A stretch of 64,000 nt of DNA from Sedimentisphaerales bacterium (GCA_040772485.1 JAXGYC010000007.1:960001-1024000), one strand, 5' to 3'; shown: positions 39,719-50,231, counted from the stretch's first letter. Program-made: numbers and translations. The notes: generated from the letters alone by a model not told the origin.

Positions 39719-40345
39719 ATGGCAGATCTGAAAGCGTTGGCCGAAGCAGTCATCAAGGGTAACCAGACGACCGCCGTGAGCGTGACCAAGGCGGCGCTGA
39801 GCGAAGGGATGGCCCCCAAGAGCATCCTCGACGAAGGGTTGATCGCCGGCATGGACGTCATCGGAGGCCGCTTCAAGAGGAACGAGGTCTATATCCCCGA
39901 GGTGCTGATTGCCGCCCGGGCGATGAAGATGGCCATGGAGGTGCTCGAGCCGGAGCTGACCAAGGCCGGCGTGCAGCCGATCGGCAAGCTGGTCATCGGC
40001 ACCGTTCAGGGCGACCTGCACGACATCGGGAAGAACCTGGTGGCCATGATGCTCAAGGGCGCCGGCTTCGAGGTGATCGATCTGGGAGTCGACGTCGCGC
40101 CCGCGAAGTTCGTGGAAGAGGCCAAGGCGAAGAATGTCCAGCTTGTGGGCATGAGCGCTCTGTTGACAACGACCATGCCGGGGATGGAGAAGACGATCAA
40201 GGCGTTGAAGGAAGCGGGTGTCAAAGCCAAGATCATGGTGGGCGGCGCGCCGGTGACGCAGAGCTTCGCCGAGAAGATCGGCGCCCAGGGCTACGCCCCG
40301 GACGCGGCCTCGGCGGTCGACACCGCCAAGCGCCTGGTTGCCTGA
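39719..40345 (+). CDS. corrinoid (cobalamin-binding) protein, MttC/MtbC-like
   Basis: GTVQGDLHDIGKNLV (DXHXXG), SALLTTTM, VGGAPV. Confidence 0.93.
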   Translation: MADLKALAEAVIKGNQTTAVSVTKAALSEGMAPKSILDEGLIAGMDVIGGRFKRNEVYIPEVLIAARAMKMAMEVLEPELTKAGVQPIGKLVIGTVQGDLHDIGKNLVAMMLKGAGFEVIDLGVDVAPAKFVEEAKAKNVQLVGMSALLTTTMPGMEKTIKALKEAGVKAKIMVGGAPVTQSFAEKIGAQGYAPDAASAVDTAKRLVA

Positions 40346-40475
40346 CGCACCCGGCCAAGGCCCGCCGAGACAGACCGGGCCGGATGCGACAGCACGACGA
40401 GCTTTCCAGGGACAGGGCAATTCGCTCTGTCCTTTTCTTTTGGCCCCAGGGAAAGTAGAATAGACACTTGGTCAA

Positions 40476-42188
40476 ATGGAACAGGAAAGACCGACAGTGC
40501 GAAGCATCAAGAATCCCAACCTAGCCCAGTTGCTGATGCAGCTTCGGTTCACGCCGCAGGACAAGCAGCGAAGTGAACTCGAAGCCGCCGAGAAGCTCTA
40601 TGCGCTGATCGACGAGACGAAGCAATACCCATTCGATTTCGTCTCCTTTCACATCACCGGTTTCCATCCCCAGAGCGATATCGACCATCCGCTCATCGAG
40701 GGCAGGGAACTGCGTCAGGACCTCGAGCTGTTCATCGCCAGGCTCAGCAGCAAACTCGTCACGCCGGCCCGCGAGCAAAGCGAGAAGGTCTACAGCGCCG
40801 AAATGCTGGCCGAGCGATTCAACGTCTCGATGAAGACCATCGCCCGGTGGCGGCGACGCGGTCTGCTGGCGCGCAAGTTTGTCTTCGACGACGGTGGCCA
40901 CCGCTTCGGCTTCCTCGAATCCACAGTTGAACGGTTCGTACACAACCATCCCAGACTTGTCGCCCAGGCCGGCCGCTTCCGCAGATTGACCGCGAAGGAA
41001 CGCCAGCAAGTGGTTCGCCAGGCCCGCAGTCTGGCGGCCAAGACCTCGCTGTCGCGGCATCAGATCATTGAGGACATCTGCGGCAAGCTGGGCATCGCTC
41101 ACGAGACCGCACGCTACACGCTTGCGGAATACGAGAAGCAGCATCCCGACCGCCCCGTTTTTCGGCGGCCGTCGGGCCGGATGAGACCGACCGAAGCGGC
41201 CGAATTGTATCGCCTCCACAAGCAGGGAATCGGCGTTCGGCAACTGATGGCCCGGTTCGACCGCAGCCGTGCGACCATCTATCGGATCGTCAACCAGCGG
41301 AGGGCCATGACCCTGCTGGCCCGCAAGATCGAGTTCGTTTCCAGCGAGGAGTTTCTCCGAGAAGACGCCCGCAGACATATCCTGGGCTCGCCCCTGAAGA
41401 GGGACAAGCCGGAACCCGGGAAGCGGGTCGAACCGTTTGAAATGGTGGGCGAGAGCCTCCTCCCGGAGTACCTGCAGGTCCTCGCGACCACCGCCGTACT
41501 GAGTCGCGACGAGGAGATCGAGCTGTTTCGCCGCTACAACTTCCTCAAGTATCTCGTGGCAACCGAACGGCACCGGATTCGACTGACAGCCGTCTCGGCC
41601 ACGCTGCTGGCCCAACTCGAAGGTTATCTCGAACAGGCCGAGAACATCCGTCGCGCGCTGATCGAAGCGAATCTGCGTCTGGTCGTCAGCATCGCCAGCA
41701 AGCACACCGGCGACGGCGCCAACTTCTCCGAGCTGGTCAGCAAGGGCAATTTCGCCCTGATCCAGGCCGTCGAGGAGTATGACTACACCAAGGGCTTTCG
41801 CTTCAGCCGGCGCGCGTCGCTCAACATCGCCAAGGAATACGCGAAAGTCTCCGGCCGAAGCACCGAGCTGACCCGCCGGCGGGCCGAATCGCTGGCGACG
41901 ATCCGGCGCGGCTTGCAGGAGACCGCTGCCGACGTGCTCGCCATCGAACGGACCCGGCAGAGCCTGGCCGAAGTCATCCGCGAGGAACTGGACGAACGCG
42001 AGCAGTACGTGATCCTGCATCATTTCGGACTGGTCGGCACGTCGGTGCGGAAAGAGACCAAGACCCTCAAACAGATCGGTGACGAACTGGGCCTGACCAA
42101 AGAGCGTATCCGGCAGATCGAACTGACGGCGCTGCAGAAACTGCGACAGTGCCTCAGCAAAGAGCAGTTCGAATTGCTGACGGGCTGA
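40476..42188 (+). CDS. sigma-70 family factor with long N-terminal HTH extension
   Basis: Region 2 NLRLVVSIA, region 4 TLKQIGDELGLTKERIRQIE; extra HTHs (LAERFNVSMKTIARW; LMARFDRSRATIYR). Confidence 0.88.
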   Translation: MEQERPTVRSIKNPNLAQLLMQLRFTPQDKQRSELEAAEKLYALIDETKQYPFDFVSFHITGFHPQSDIDHPLIEGRELRQDLELFIARLSSKLVTPAREQSEKVYSAEMLAERFNVSMKTIARWRRRGLLARKFVFDDGGHRFGFLESTVERFVHNHPRLVAQAGRFRRLTAKERQQVVRQARSLAAKTSLSRHQIIEDICGKLGIAHETARYTLAEYEKQHPDRPVFRRPSGRMRPTEAAELYRLHKQGIGVRQLMARFDRSRATIYRIVNQRRAMTLLARKIEFVSSEEFLREDARRHILGSPLKRDKPEPGKRVEPFEMVGESLLPEYLQVLATTAVLSRDEEIELFRRYNFLKYLVATERHRIRLTAVSATLLAQLEGYLEQAENIRRALIEANLRLVVSIASKHTGDGANFSELVSKGNFALIQAVEEYDYTKGFRFSRRASLNIAKEYAKVSGRSTELTRRRAESLATIRRGLQETAADVLAIERTRQSLAEVIREELDEREQYVILHHFGLVGTSVRKETKTLKQIGDELGLTKERIRQIELTALQKLRQCLSKEQFELLTG

Positions 42189-42365
42189 CGTGTCCGGCGG
42201 TCACTGTCGGCCTGCGACTGTTGTTCTGGCCCAGGTAGCAGTCTCCATCGGGACACAATGCCGGGCTTTTGCATTGATTTTCCCCGGCTCGGACCCTATC
42301 CTACCCCGACGTGAGTCAAGCGTCTGCACGAAGCCATTTCCGGAACACCGGACAAGGAGAAGACT

Positions 42366-43178
42366 GTGGAGACCATCGGTTTCATCGGCAGCGGCAACAT
42401 GGCCGAGGCCCTCATCAACGGTGTCTTGAAGGCGGGCGTGTACCGGCCCGGCAAGGTGTACGTCAGTGACGTTCGCCCGGAGAGAATCGAGTACCTCCGA
42501 GAACACTACGGCGTCCGGACCGCCGATGGCAATGCGGACCTGGCCTCGAAGGTCGACGTTCTGGTGCTGAGCGTCAAACCGCAGAACATGAAGGACGCGT
42601 TGGAGAGCATCCGATCCAGCATCAACGAGGACACGCTGGTCATCTCGATCGCCGCCGGCATCACCACTTCCCTGATCTCGTCGATCCTCGGCGATCTGGC
42701 CATCGTTCGAGTGATGCCGAACATGCCCGCGTGGGTGGACGAGGCGGCCAGCGCCCTCTACGCCAACGCAAAGGCTCGCACCAAAGTGGAGAAGGCCCGG
42801 CTCATCCTCTTGAGTGTGGGCAAGGTCGTCGTTGTCGAGAACGAGGAACTGCTCGATCCGGTTACCGCGGTCAGCGGCTCCGGCCCGGCCTATTTCTTCC
42901 TGCTGATGCATGAGATGATCAAGGCGGGCGTCGAGCTGGGCCTGCCCGAAGAGGATGCACAGAGCCTGGTGCTCCAGACCGCCAGAGGCGCTGCGCTGCT
43001 GGCGGAGAAGGCCGCCGGCGAAGGCAACAGCCCCGCGGTGCTCAGCGCGAGAGTCGCCACGCCCAACGGGACCACAGAAGCGGCGTTCAAGGTGTTTCAG
43101 GCCGGCGCGTTCGGCGAGATGGTCTCCAAGGCGCTGCGCCGCGCCTCGGAGCGCAGCCGGGAGCTTTCCGCCGGTTGA
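42366..43178 (+). CDS. proC: pyrroline-5-carboxylate reductase
   Basis: IGFIGSGNM, LSVKPQ, RVMPN, TAVSGSGPAY, VATPNGTT. Confidence 0.95.
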   Translation: METIGFIGSGNMAEALINGVLKAGVYRPGKVYVSDVRPERIEYLREHYGVRTADGNADLASKVDVLVLSVKPQNMKDALESIRSSINEDTLVISIAAGITTSLISSILGDLAIVRVMPNMPAWVDEAASALYANAKARTKVEKARLILLSVGKVVVVENEELLDPVTAVSGSGPAYFFLLMHEMIKAGVELGLPEEDAQSLVLQTARGAALLAEKAAGEGNSPAVLSARVATPNGTTEAAFKVFQAGAFGEMVSKALRRASERSRELSAG

Positions 43179-43252
43179 CCGGACGCAGCGAGCACCCTTT
43201 GGATCGAACCCCGGGAACAACTGACAATTCGCATCGAGGAGTTGGTAGCACA

Positions 43253-44833
43253 ATGACCAGAAGTCGTATTCCGTCCGCATCTCCTGTCGATCTGCCGCCA
43301 TTCGTCAATGAACCGATCTTCCCCGGCCCGGACGATCCGAGAGTGCAGCAGGCGTTTCCTCTCGCCATTGCCCAGGTCCGCAAGCAGCTCGGCAGGACCT
43401 ATCCGCTGTACATCGACGGGCGTGACATCACGACCGCGGCCACGCTGGATTCCGTCAACCCGGCCGACCCTGAACAGATCGTCGGCAAGGTCTGCCAGGC
43501 CGGCACGCGCGAAGCCGAGATGGCCCTCGATGCCGCCGAACGGGCCCTGCTGACCTGGCGAGACGTCGATCCGTCGCAGCGCGCCCTGTATCTCGTCAAG
43601 GCCGCCGAACTAGCTCGGCGAAGGATATTCGAGTACTCCGCCTGGCAGGTCCTCGAAGAGGGCAAACAGTGGGCCCAAGCCTACAACGACGTGGCCGAGG
43701 GCATCGACTTCCTGGAGTACTATGCCCGGGAAATGATCCGCCTGGGCGCACCGCAGGACATGGGCAGCTACGCCGATGAATCGAACGTCTGCTTCTACCA
43801 ACCCAAAGGCGTCGCCGTAGTCATCGCGCCGTGGAACTTCCCGTTCGCGATCGGCTGCGGGATGTGTGCGGCCGCCATCGTCACGGGCAACCCGGTGGTC
43901 TTCAAGCCGTCCAGCCAGTCGTCCGTCGTCGGGCATCACCTCGCGGAGATCTTCCGCGAGGTCGGACTTCCCGACGGCGTGTTCAATTACGTCCCCGGCC
44001 CGGGCTCGCAGATCGGCGATCTGCTGGTGGACAGTCCCAAGGTCGCCGTGATCGCCTTCACCGGCTCGATGTCGGTCGGCTTGCGAATCATCGAACGCGC
44101 CGGCCGCACCCCTGAAAACCAAGCTTCCGTCAAGAAGGTCGTCTGTGAGATGGGAGGCAAGAACGCCATCATCCTCGACGAGGAGTTTGACGAGGAGGCC
44201 GCCATTCGCGATGTCCTGTACTCCGCCTTCGGCTACCAGGGCCAGAAGTGCTCGGCCTGTTCGAGGCTGATCGTGGTCGACAAGGCCTACGACCGTTTCG
44301 TCCCGAAACTCGTCGCAGCGGCCAGGAAGCTCAAGATCGGGCCGGCGGAAAACCCGGACAACTACATGGGGCCGGTGATCGACGCCAAGGCACAGCGCAC
44401 CATCATGCAGTACATCGATCTGACCGCCAGGGAGGGCACAGTGCTCTACCGCAGTGAGGTTCCTGCCAAAGGCTATTACGTCCCGCTGACGATCGTCGAG
44501 GGGATTACGCCACAGAAGCGCCTGGGCCAGGAGGAAGTCTTCGGTCCGGTGCTCTCGATCATGCGTGCGAAGGACTTCGACGAGGCGCTTCGCTGGGCCA
44601 ATTCAACGCGGTTCGCCTTGACCGGCGCGGTTTTCAGCCGGAACGAAGACCATCTCGACACCGCTGTGCGCCAGTTTCGCGTCGGCAATCTGTACCTGAA
44701 CCGCGCCAACGTCGGCGCTCTGGTGAAAGTGCAGCCCTTCGGCGGCTTCAAGATGTCCGGCGCCGGAACCAAGGCCGGCGGCCCTGACTATCTGCTGCAC
44801 TTCATGGACCCGCGTTGCCTGACGGAACCCTGA
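43253..44833 (+). CDS. 1-pyrroline-5-carboxylate dehydrogenase (RocA/PruA type)
   Basis: EGIDFLEYY, PWNFP, FTGS, EMGGKN, GQKCSACSR, EEVFGP, GNLYLNR, GTKAGGPDYL. Confidence 0.88.
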   Translation: MTRSRIPSASPVDLPPFVNEPIFPGPDDPRVQQAFPLAIAQVRKQLGRTYPLYIDGRDITTAATLDSVNPADPEQIVGKVCQAGTREAEMALDAAERALLTWRDVDPSQRALYLVKAAELARRRIFEYSAWQVLEEGKQWAQAYNDVAEGIDFLEYYAREMIRLGAPQDMGSYADESNVCFYQPKGVAVVIAPWNFPFAIGCGMCAAAIVTGNPVVFKPSSQSSVVGHHLAEIFREVGLPDGVFNYVPGPGSQIGDLLVDSPKVAVIAFTGSMSVGLRIIERAGRTPENQASVKKVVCEMGGKNAIILDEEFDEEAAIRDVLYSAFGYQGQKCSACSRLIVVDKAYDRFVPKLVAAARKLKIGPAENPDNYMGPVIDAKAQRTIMQYIDLTAREGTVLYRSEVPAKGYYVPLTIVEGITPQKRLGQEEVFGPVLSIMRAKDFDEALRWANSTRFALTGAVFSRNEDHLDTAVRQFRVGNLYLNRANVGALVKVQPFGGFKMSGAGTKAGGPDYLLHFMDPRCLTEP

Positions 44834-44914
44834 GTGCGGCCGGGCTTGAGAGACGGATCGCAATGACCTGTCCGACCGGATCGCGCCATCACGGCAGCGG
44901 CCCGATGGCTTGGT

Positions 44915-45097
44915 CTATTCCACGATGATCGCCTCCACCGGGCACTCGTCGGCCGCCTGTTGTACGGCGTCTTCGTGCTCGGCCGGGACCACATCGACGA
45001 TCACCGTGGCCATGTCATCCCCCATTTCGAACACCTCCGGGCAGGTGTCGCAGCAGAGTCCACACGCCGTGCATGTATCCTCGATTCGTACTTTCAT
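44915..45097 (-). CDS. small single-cluster ferredoxin
   Basis: CTACGLC..CPEVF...CPVEAI; AAAGGAG SD. Confidence 0.92.
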   Translation of the reverse strand: MKVRIEDTCTACGLCCDTCPEVFEMGDDMATVIVDVVPAEHEDAVQQAADECPVEAIIVE

Positions 45098-45337
45098 GGC
45101 CAACTCCTTTTCTGCGGCGTCCTATCCTCACGGCCCCTTCGGGGCCATCACCTCTGGCTTGACGAATACGGCATCGCTGCGTGCTTGTCAACCCTCTGGG
45201 CATGGGTTTTTCAGGCGGCCGGGACCATACAAGACGCTTGTACGAGCCATCCTTTGCCGATATGATGGTGGGAGATTTCGTGTGGCGGCTTTTGATGCAG
45301 CCGAATCGCTCGTCACTTCATCGTTGGGAGAGTCGAT

Positions 45338-46138
45338 ATGAAGACCAGGGCGTTCACCTTGATCGAGCTGCTTGTGGTCATTGCCATCATCGCGGTGCTG
45401 ATGTCCATCCTGATGCCGTCCCTCAAACGTGCTCGCGAACAGGCGAGAAGCCTGACCTGCCGCAGCAACGTACGAACCCTCGCACTGGCATGGCTCATGT
45501 ACAAGGACGAGAACGACGGTAAGCTGGTTTCGGGCACGACGCCCATCGCTCCGCTGTCTGCGTCGAATCCCGCTGCCTGGGTGGTCATCCCGCCGGGAGG
45601 GGCAAGCTCCTCCATCGAGGACAAGAAGGAATACATCCAGCAGGGACTGCTGTGGCCTTACGTCAAGGAACTGGAGGTCTATCGCTGTCCATCCGACCGA
45701 CGCAAGAACAGTCCGGGACATCAGTATGCCTATCGCACCTATTCGATCGCCGGCGGGATGAATGCGGTGCCGGCCGGCACGTGGGAGATCCGCCCCTGCA
45801 TCAACTACACGGACATCAAGCAGCCGGCGACCAAGTACGTCTTCCTGGCCGAGTGCGATCCGCGCGGATACAACAACGGCTCCTGGGTGATGAATCCCAA
45901 GTCCAGACAATGGGTCGATCCGTTCGGAGTCTGGCATCGGGACGACAGCAGCACGCTGGGCTACGCCGACGGCCACGTCGAAATGCAGCGATGGCACAGC
46001 CGGGCGCTGATGGAGTGGAACCTTCGATCCCTGCACGAGCCGGCCAGCTTCGCCTTCTACCGAACGCCGGTCGACGACGAGGAATGGGCGGACTTCGAGG
46101 TCATGCTCAAGGGCTACGCCTACCGCTCGCTGCTCTGA
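45338..46138 (+). CDS. prepilin-type N-terminal / H-X9-DG (DUF1559-like) protein
   Basis: [36 protein letters not shown]. Confidence 0.9.
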   Translation: MKTRAFTLIELLVVIAIIAVLMSILMPSLKRAREQARSLTCRSNVRTLALAWLMYKDENDGKLVSGTTPIAPLSASNPAAWVVIPPGGASSSIEDKKEYIQQGLLWPYVKELEVYRCPSDRRKNSPGHQYAYRTYSIAGGMNAVPAGTWEIRPCINYTDIKQPATKYVFLAECDPRGYNNGSWVMNPKSRQWVDPFGVWHRDDSSTLGYADGHVEMQRWHSRALMEWNLRSLHEPASFAFYRTPVDDEEWADFEVMLKGYAYRSLL

Positions 46139-46147
46139 GATGGGACG

Positions 46148-47506
46148 CTATCCCACGTGGTACGCGGCCAGCTCTCGAATAAGCGGCTCGCCCACAGAAT
46201 CCAACGTGCGCAGGCGAAGCATCGCCACCTGAATCGATGCGAACTGTTCAATCCGTTTGTGTCCGACGGATTGACCCTCGCAAAGCGATTGCCACGTATC
46301 AGGCCCGGTCAGCCCTTCAATCCGATACCTGCGGATGCGTTCGCCTTGGCGGATGTCCTCCATAATGACGACATGGTCGATGGTCGACGGCTTGGGCAGC
46401 CTCAATTCGACCGTAGAGCCGCTGCCCTCCGTACGCGCCAAGGGGGTATCGAATCGTCTGCGGATTTCCTTGCCGAACTCGACGTACCGCTGGAAGTCAG
46501 CCTGCGGAACCAGTCCTTCCGGGTTGGGATTGGCGTTGAGCAGCAGATTGCAGTTGCGGCCCACCGAGCGGTAATACATATCCATCAACTGCTCGACGGA
46601 GTAGAGTTTGTGGTCGGCATCCGGCGTCCAGAACCACTCATGGTTGCGAACCGGGACATCGCACTCGCCCGGCAGCCAATAGCGGCCGTCCGGATCACCC
46701 GGGCCGTGATAGTCCTGGCGGTGAGGGACCGTGGCCCAGCAGGGATAGGCGGCAACGCCCTGCTCGTTGCCGATCCATCGGATCGAGGCGGCCGGACCCT
46801 GAAAGACAACGGCGTCGGGCTGATGCTTCTGATAGATCGGGACCAGGTCCGGCCCGCCTTTCTCTACCGGCAAGGCCCCGCCGTCGAACCATATCTCGAA
46901 CAGCTCGCCATAGCGGCTCCACAGCTCTGTCAGCATCTGCTCGCAGATCTTCACATAGCGGGCCTGAGCCGCCGAGTCCCCGCCCTTGCCGCGATTGACC
47001 AGGCCGGGATTGTCTACCTCCAGATACCCATTGGCCGTCACCGAGGCGTACAGGCCCGGCTGGATGCCGTACTTGTGGCACGATTCCACGAAGTCGCGAA
47101 CGACATCGCCCTTGCCGTTCCGCCAGGCAGACTGCTTGACGCCGTAAGGGTAGAGATCGCTCTGCCACTGGAGGAAGCCACTGCAATGCTTGGCCACGAA
47201 AACGGCATACTTGGCCCCCATAGCCCTGGCTGCCTCCATCCACTGGTCCGTGTCCAGCTTGGACGGGCTATACATCTCGGGCGTCGGCTTGTCGCGCCAA
47301 CTGCGCCAATCCCATCCCGGCTTGTAGATCGGCAGGTCGAAATGGAAGAACATTCCGAGTTCCATATCCTGCCAGCGGGCCTGTTGCGCACTCGGCTTCG
47401 GCAGAGCCGCCACGTCCCCCATGACGCGGGCGGCCCTCAGAGACCTCCGGCCAAAAGCAACCGCAGAGGCAGCCGCGACATCCTGTAGAAACTGACGTCG
47501 ATTCAC
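46148..47506 (-). CDS. alpha-L-fucosidase (GH29), Tat-exported
   Basis: NRRQF Tat motif; GMFFHF, VAKHCSGF, EIWFDG, YYRSVGRNCNLLLN; C-terminal beta-sandwich. Confidence 0.9.
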   Translation of the reverse strand: MNRRQFLQDVAAASAVAFGRRSLRAARVMGDVAALPKPSAQQARWQDMELGMFFHFDLPIYKPGWDWRSWRDKPTPEMYSPSKLDTDQWMEAARAMGAKYAVFVAKHCSGFLQWQSDLYPYGVKQSAWRNGKGDVVRDFVESCHKYGIQPGLYASVTANGYLEVDNPGLVNRGKGGDSAAQARYVKICEQMLTELWSRYGELFEIWFDGGALPVEKGGPDLVPIYQKHQPDAVVFQGPAASIRWIGNEQGVAAYPCWATVPHRQDYHGPGDPDGRYWLPGECDVPVRNHEWFWTPDADHKLYSVEQLMDMYYRSVGRNCNLLLNANPNPEGLVPQADFQRYVEFGKEIRRRFDTPLARTEGSGSTVELRLPKPSTIDHVVIMEDIRQGERIRRYRIEGLTGPDTWQSLCEGQSVGHKRIEQFASIQVAMLRLRTLDSVGEPLIRELAAYHVG

Positions 47507-47668
47507 TATCGAGCCTCCCTTTCACTTGGTGGCACAGCACAACCACGGATGGGATCCAGGTAAACACGATTTTATCATAGGCCCCTTCCGGGTGATCCAG
47601 AAAGCTGTTTTTCCTTGTTATATAATGCTCCTTTTGATACAAATAGGAGAGTTCGGAGGTGTTTTCTT

Positions 47669-47710
47669 GTGCGCGGACCGCCCTTGCTCCGGCGTGGCGT
47701 CTTCGTCTGA
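47669..47710 (+). CDS. candidate leader peptide uORF1a (MRGPPLLRRGVFV)
   Basis: GGAGGTG SD + GTG; same length as the paralog at 50397 with synonymous changes. Confidence 0.45.
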   Translation: MRGPPLLRRGVFV

Positions 47711-47763
47711 CGGGGAGGAGCAAAACCGGTCCGCAGCGCCAGATCAGCCGGAGGTATGGAGCA

Positions 47764-47949
47764 ATGCCCTGGATTCGACGCACAGCGAAGCCCGGAGCGT
47801 CAGCCGATGTTCGTGCAACGTTTCGGGTCGGCGTATCCCCACCCTTTGACAGGGGCATCAACCTCATCGATCGCAACATGACACGTGCCGTACCCGCTTG
47901 CGGGCCACGGACAATTCCATTTCGGCGTTGTCTTGAAGAAGGAGGATAG
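47764..47949 (+). CDS. candidate uORF2a (61 aa, MPWIRRTAKPGA...IPFRRCLEEGG)
   Basis: GGAGG SD; stop 2 nt before the main ATG; paralog at 50485. Confidence 0.35.
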   Translation: MPWIRRTAKPGASADVRATFRVGVSPPFDRGINLIDRNMTRAVPACGPRTIPFRRCLEEGG

Positions 47950-47951
47950 CC

Positions 47952-50231
47952 ATGTGCAAGAAATCGTTTGTGCGAGCATCTCGTGCATCAAATCTCCGGT
48001 CAGAAACGCGACGTCCGGAGAGACTCCCTTCAGTCCGCCCGACATCCCGCATCTTGTGGCTTGTGGCGTTTGCCATCGGGTGGATGATGGCCGGATTCGG
48101 CGGCATTGCCATCGGGCAGGTCGCCGGCGTGGACGATCCGTCGGACATGGCCGATTCGAGCGGCGACATCAAGCGTATTGAGGCATGGGTGGCCGACGGC
48201 AAACTGAATCTGACGATGACAGTGTACGGCGTTTTCGCACCTTCCGTAGCACAGACCCCTGCCGGCATGACCAACCGGTACTACTACCATTGGATTCTCG
48301 ACACGGACAACGATCCGGCCACCGGCTATTACAACGCCGAGTACGAGGGCAACGCGACCGGTGTGAAAACCCCTATTGGCGTGGATGTGGTGGTTCAATT
48401 CGGCTGGCGCGACGGCCACACCAACGGCGTGTACGCCTATATTGCATTGACCGAAGAGGCCCTGATCGAGGACTACGAATACACGATTGACGGCGATACG
48501 ATTCACGCGATCATCCCCCTGGCGGATTTGGGATTGACTCCGGACGACATCATTGCGCTGTCCGCGTTTCAGGAAGGCGCGTCTAACGGATGGCAGATCG
48601 ATTGGCTCGAGTCGGTTGTGATGCCGTTGACGGTCGTCAAGGCCACCAATCCCATCCCGGCAACGGGCAGCGACGATATCCCGAGGGATGTGATCCTGGG
48701 TTGGAAACCGGGTGCGTCGGCGGCCAGGCACAACGTGTACTTCGGAACGGATTGGGCCGACGTCAACGATGCCTCCGTGCCCACGGCCCAGGATCTGGAT
48801 GTCAATTCCTTCGATCCCGGTCGCCTTGATTTCGGCCAAACCTACTACTGGCGCGTGGATGAAGTGAATAGCGCACCCGACTTCACCGTATTCAAGGGAG
48901 ACGTGTGGAACTTCACGACAGAACCCTTCGCCTATCCCAGCGCGAATATCATCGTCACAACCAATGCCATCTCCGAGGCAACGCAAAGCATCGAGAACAT
49001 CCTCAATGGCTCCGGGCTCGACGAGGCCGACCAGCACTCGACCAAGAGCACCCACATGTGGCTTGGCAGCCCCGCGGGCGCCGATCCCATCTGGATTCAG
49101 TTTGAGTTCGATCGCGTATACAAGCTCCACGAGCTCTGGGTCTGGAACTACAATGTCGAGTTCGAACTGGTTCTGGGTTTCGGCATCAAGGAGGTGACGA
49201 TCGAGTACTCTGCGGATGGAGTGGACTGGATGAGTCTGGGTGACATGGAACTGACCCAGGCCACCGCCAACTCCAGCTACACACACAACACCACCGTGAA
49301 CTTCGCCGGCGTAGCGGCCAAGTACGTCAGACTCACGGTCAACGGCGGATGGGGCGCAATGGCTCAATACGGGCTCAGCGAGGTTCGCTTCTACTATATT
49401 CCGGCCTTTGCCCGGGAACCGCAGCCGGCGAACGGAGCGGCGGAAGTTGCCGTCGAGCCGGCGCTGAGCTGGCGGGCGGGACGTGAGGCGGTCTCGCACA
49501 ACGTTTATCTCGGCACCGATCCCGAGGCTCTCGCGCCAGCGGCGACGACACAGGCCGCGAGCTTTGCGCCGGACGACTTGGTCTTCGGCAACGTCTATTA
49601 CTGGCGAGTCGACGAGGTCAACGAGGCCGCCAGCCCTGCGACGTGGGAAGGCGACCTGTGGAGCTTCACGACACAGGAATACGCGACGATCGACGACATC
49701 GAAGGCTATACCGACGACATCGACGCCGGCCAGGCCGTCTTCCAGACCTGGATCGACGGCTGGACCAACAACACCGGATCGACCACCGGCTACGCCGAGT
49801 CGCCGTTCGCCGAGAAGGCCATCGTTCACGGCGGGCGGCAGTCGATGCCCGTAAGCTACGACAACACTTCAGCCCCGTTCTATTCCGAGATCTCGCGAAC
49901 CTGGGACAGCCCGCAAGACTGGACCGGCCACAGCGCAAACACTCTGGTGCTGCACTTCTACGGCCCCGAGGACAACACCGCCGAGACGCTGTACGTGGCG
50001 GTCGAGGATAGCGCCGGTCACGTCGCAGTCGTTGCGCATCCTGATCCCGACGCGCTGACGGTCGCCGCCTGGCAGTCCTGGACGGTCCCCTACAGCGAGC
50101 TGGCGGGTGTGAACATGGCGCAGGTCGAGACGATGTACATCGGCGTCGGCAATCGCGCCACCCCGACCGCCGGCGGCAGCGGCCTGCTGTTCATCGACGA
50201 CATCGGCTACGGCGCGCCCTTGGCCGAATAA
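47952..50231 (+). CDS. secreted discoidin-domain multidomain protein
   Basis: AGGAGG SD; hydrophobic signal; YYWRVDEVN repeats, discoidin domain, C-terminus DDIGYGAPLAE. Confidence 0.88.
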   Translation: MCKKSFVRASRASNLRSETRRPERLPSVRPTSRILWLVAFAIGWMMAGFGGIAIGQVAGVDDPSDMADSSGDIKRIEAWVADGKLNLTMTVYGVFAPSVAQTPAGMTNRYYYHWILDTDNDPATGYYNAEYEGNATGVKTPIGVDVVVQFGWRDGHTNGVYAYIALTEEALIEDYEYTIDGDTIHAIIPLADLGLTPDDIIALSAFQEGASNGWQIDWLESVVMPLTVVKATNPIPATGSDDIPRDVILGWKPGASAARHNVYFGTDWADVNDASVPTAQDLDVNSFDPGRLDFGQTYYWRVDEVNSAPDFTVFKGDVWNFTTEPFAYPSANIIVTTNAISEATQSIENILNGSGLDEADQHSTKSTHMWLGSPAGADPIWIQFEFDRVYKLHELWVWNYNVEFELVLGFGIKEVTIEYSADGVDWMSLGDMELTQATANSSYTHNTTVNFAGVAAKYVRLTVNGGWGAMAQYGLSEVRFYYIPAFAREPQPANGAAEVAVEPALSWRAGREAVSHNVYLGTDPEALAPAATTQAASFAPDDLVFGNVYYWRVDEVNEAASPATWEGDLWSFTTQEYATIDDIEGYTDDIDAGQAVFQTWIDGWTNNTGSTTGYAESPFAEKAIVHGGRQSMPVSYDNTSAPFYSEISRTWDSPQDWTGHSANTLVLHFYGPEDNTAETLYVAVEDSAGHVAVVAHPDPDALTVAAWQSWTVPYSELAGVNMAQVETMYIGVGNRATPTAGGSGLLFIDDIGYGAPLAE

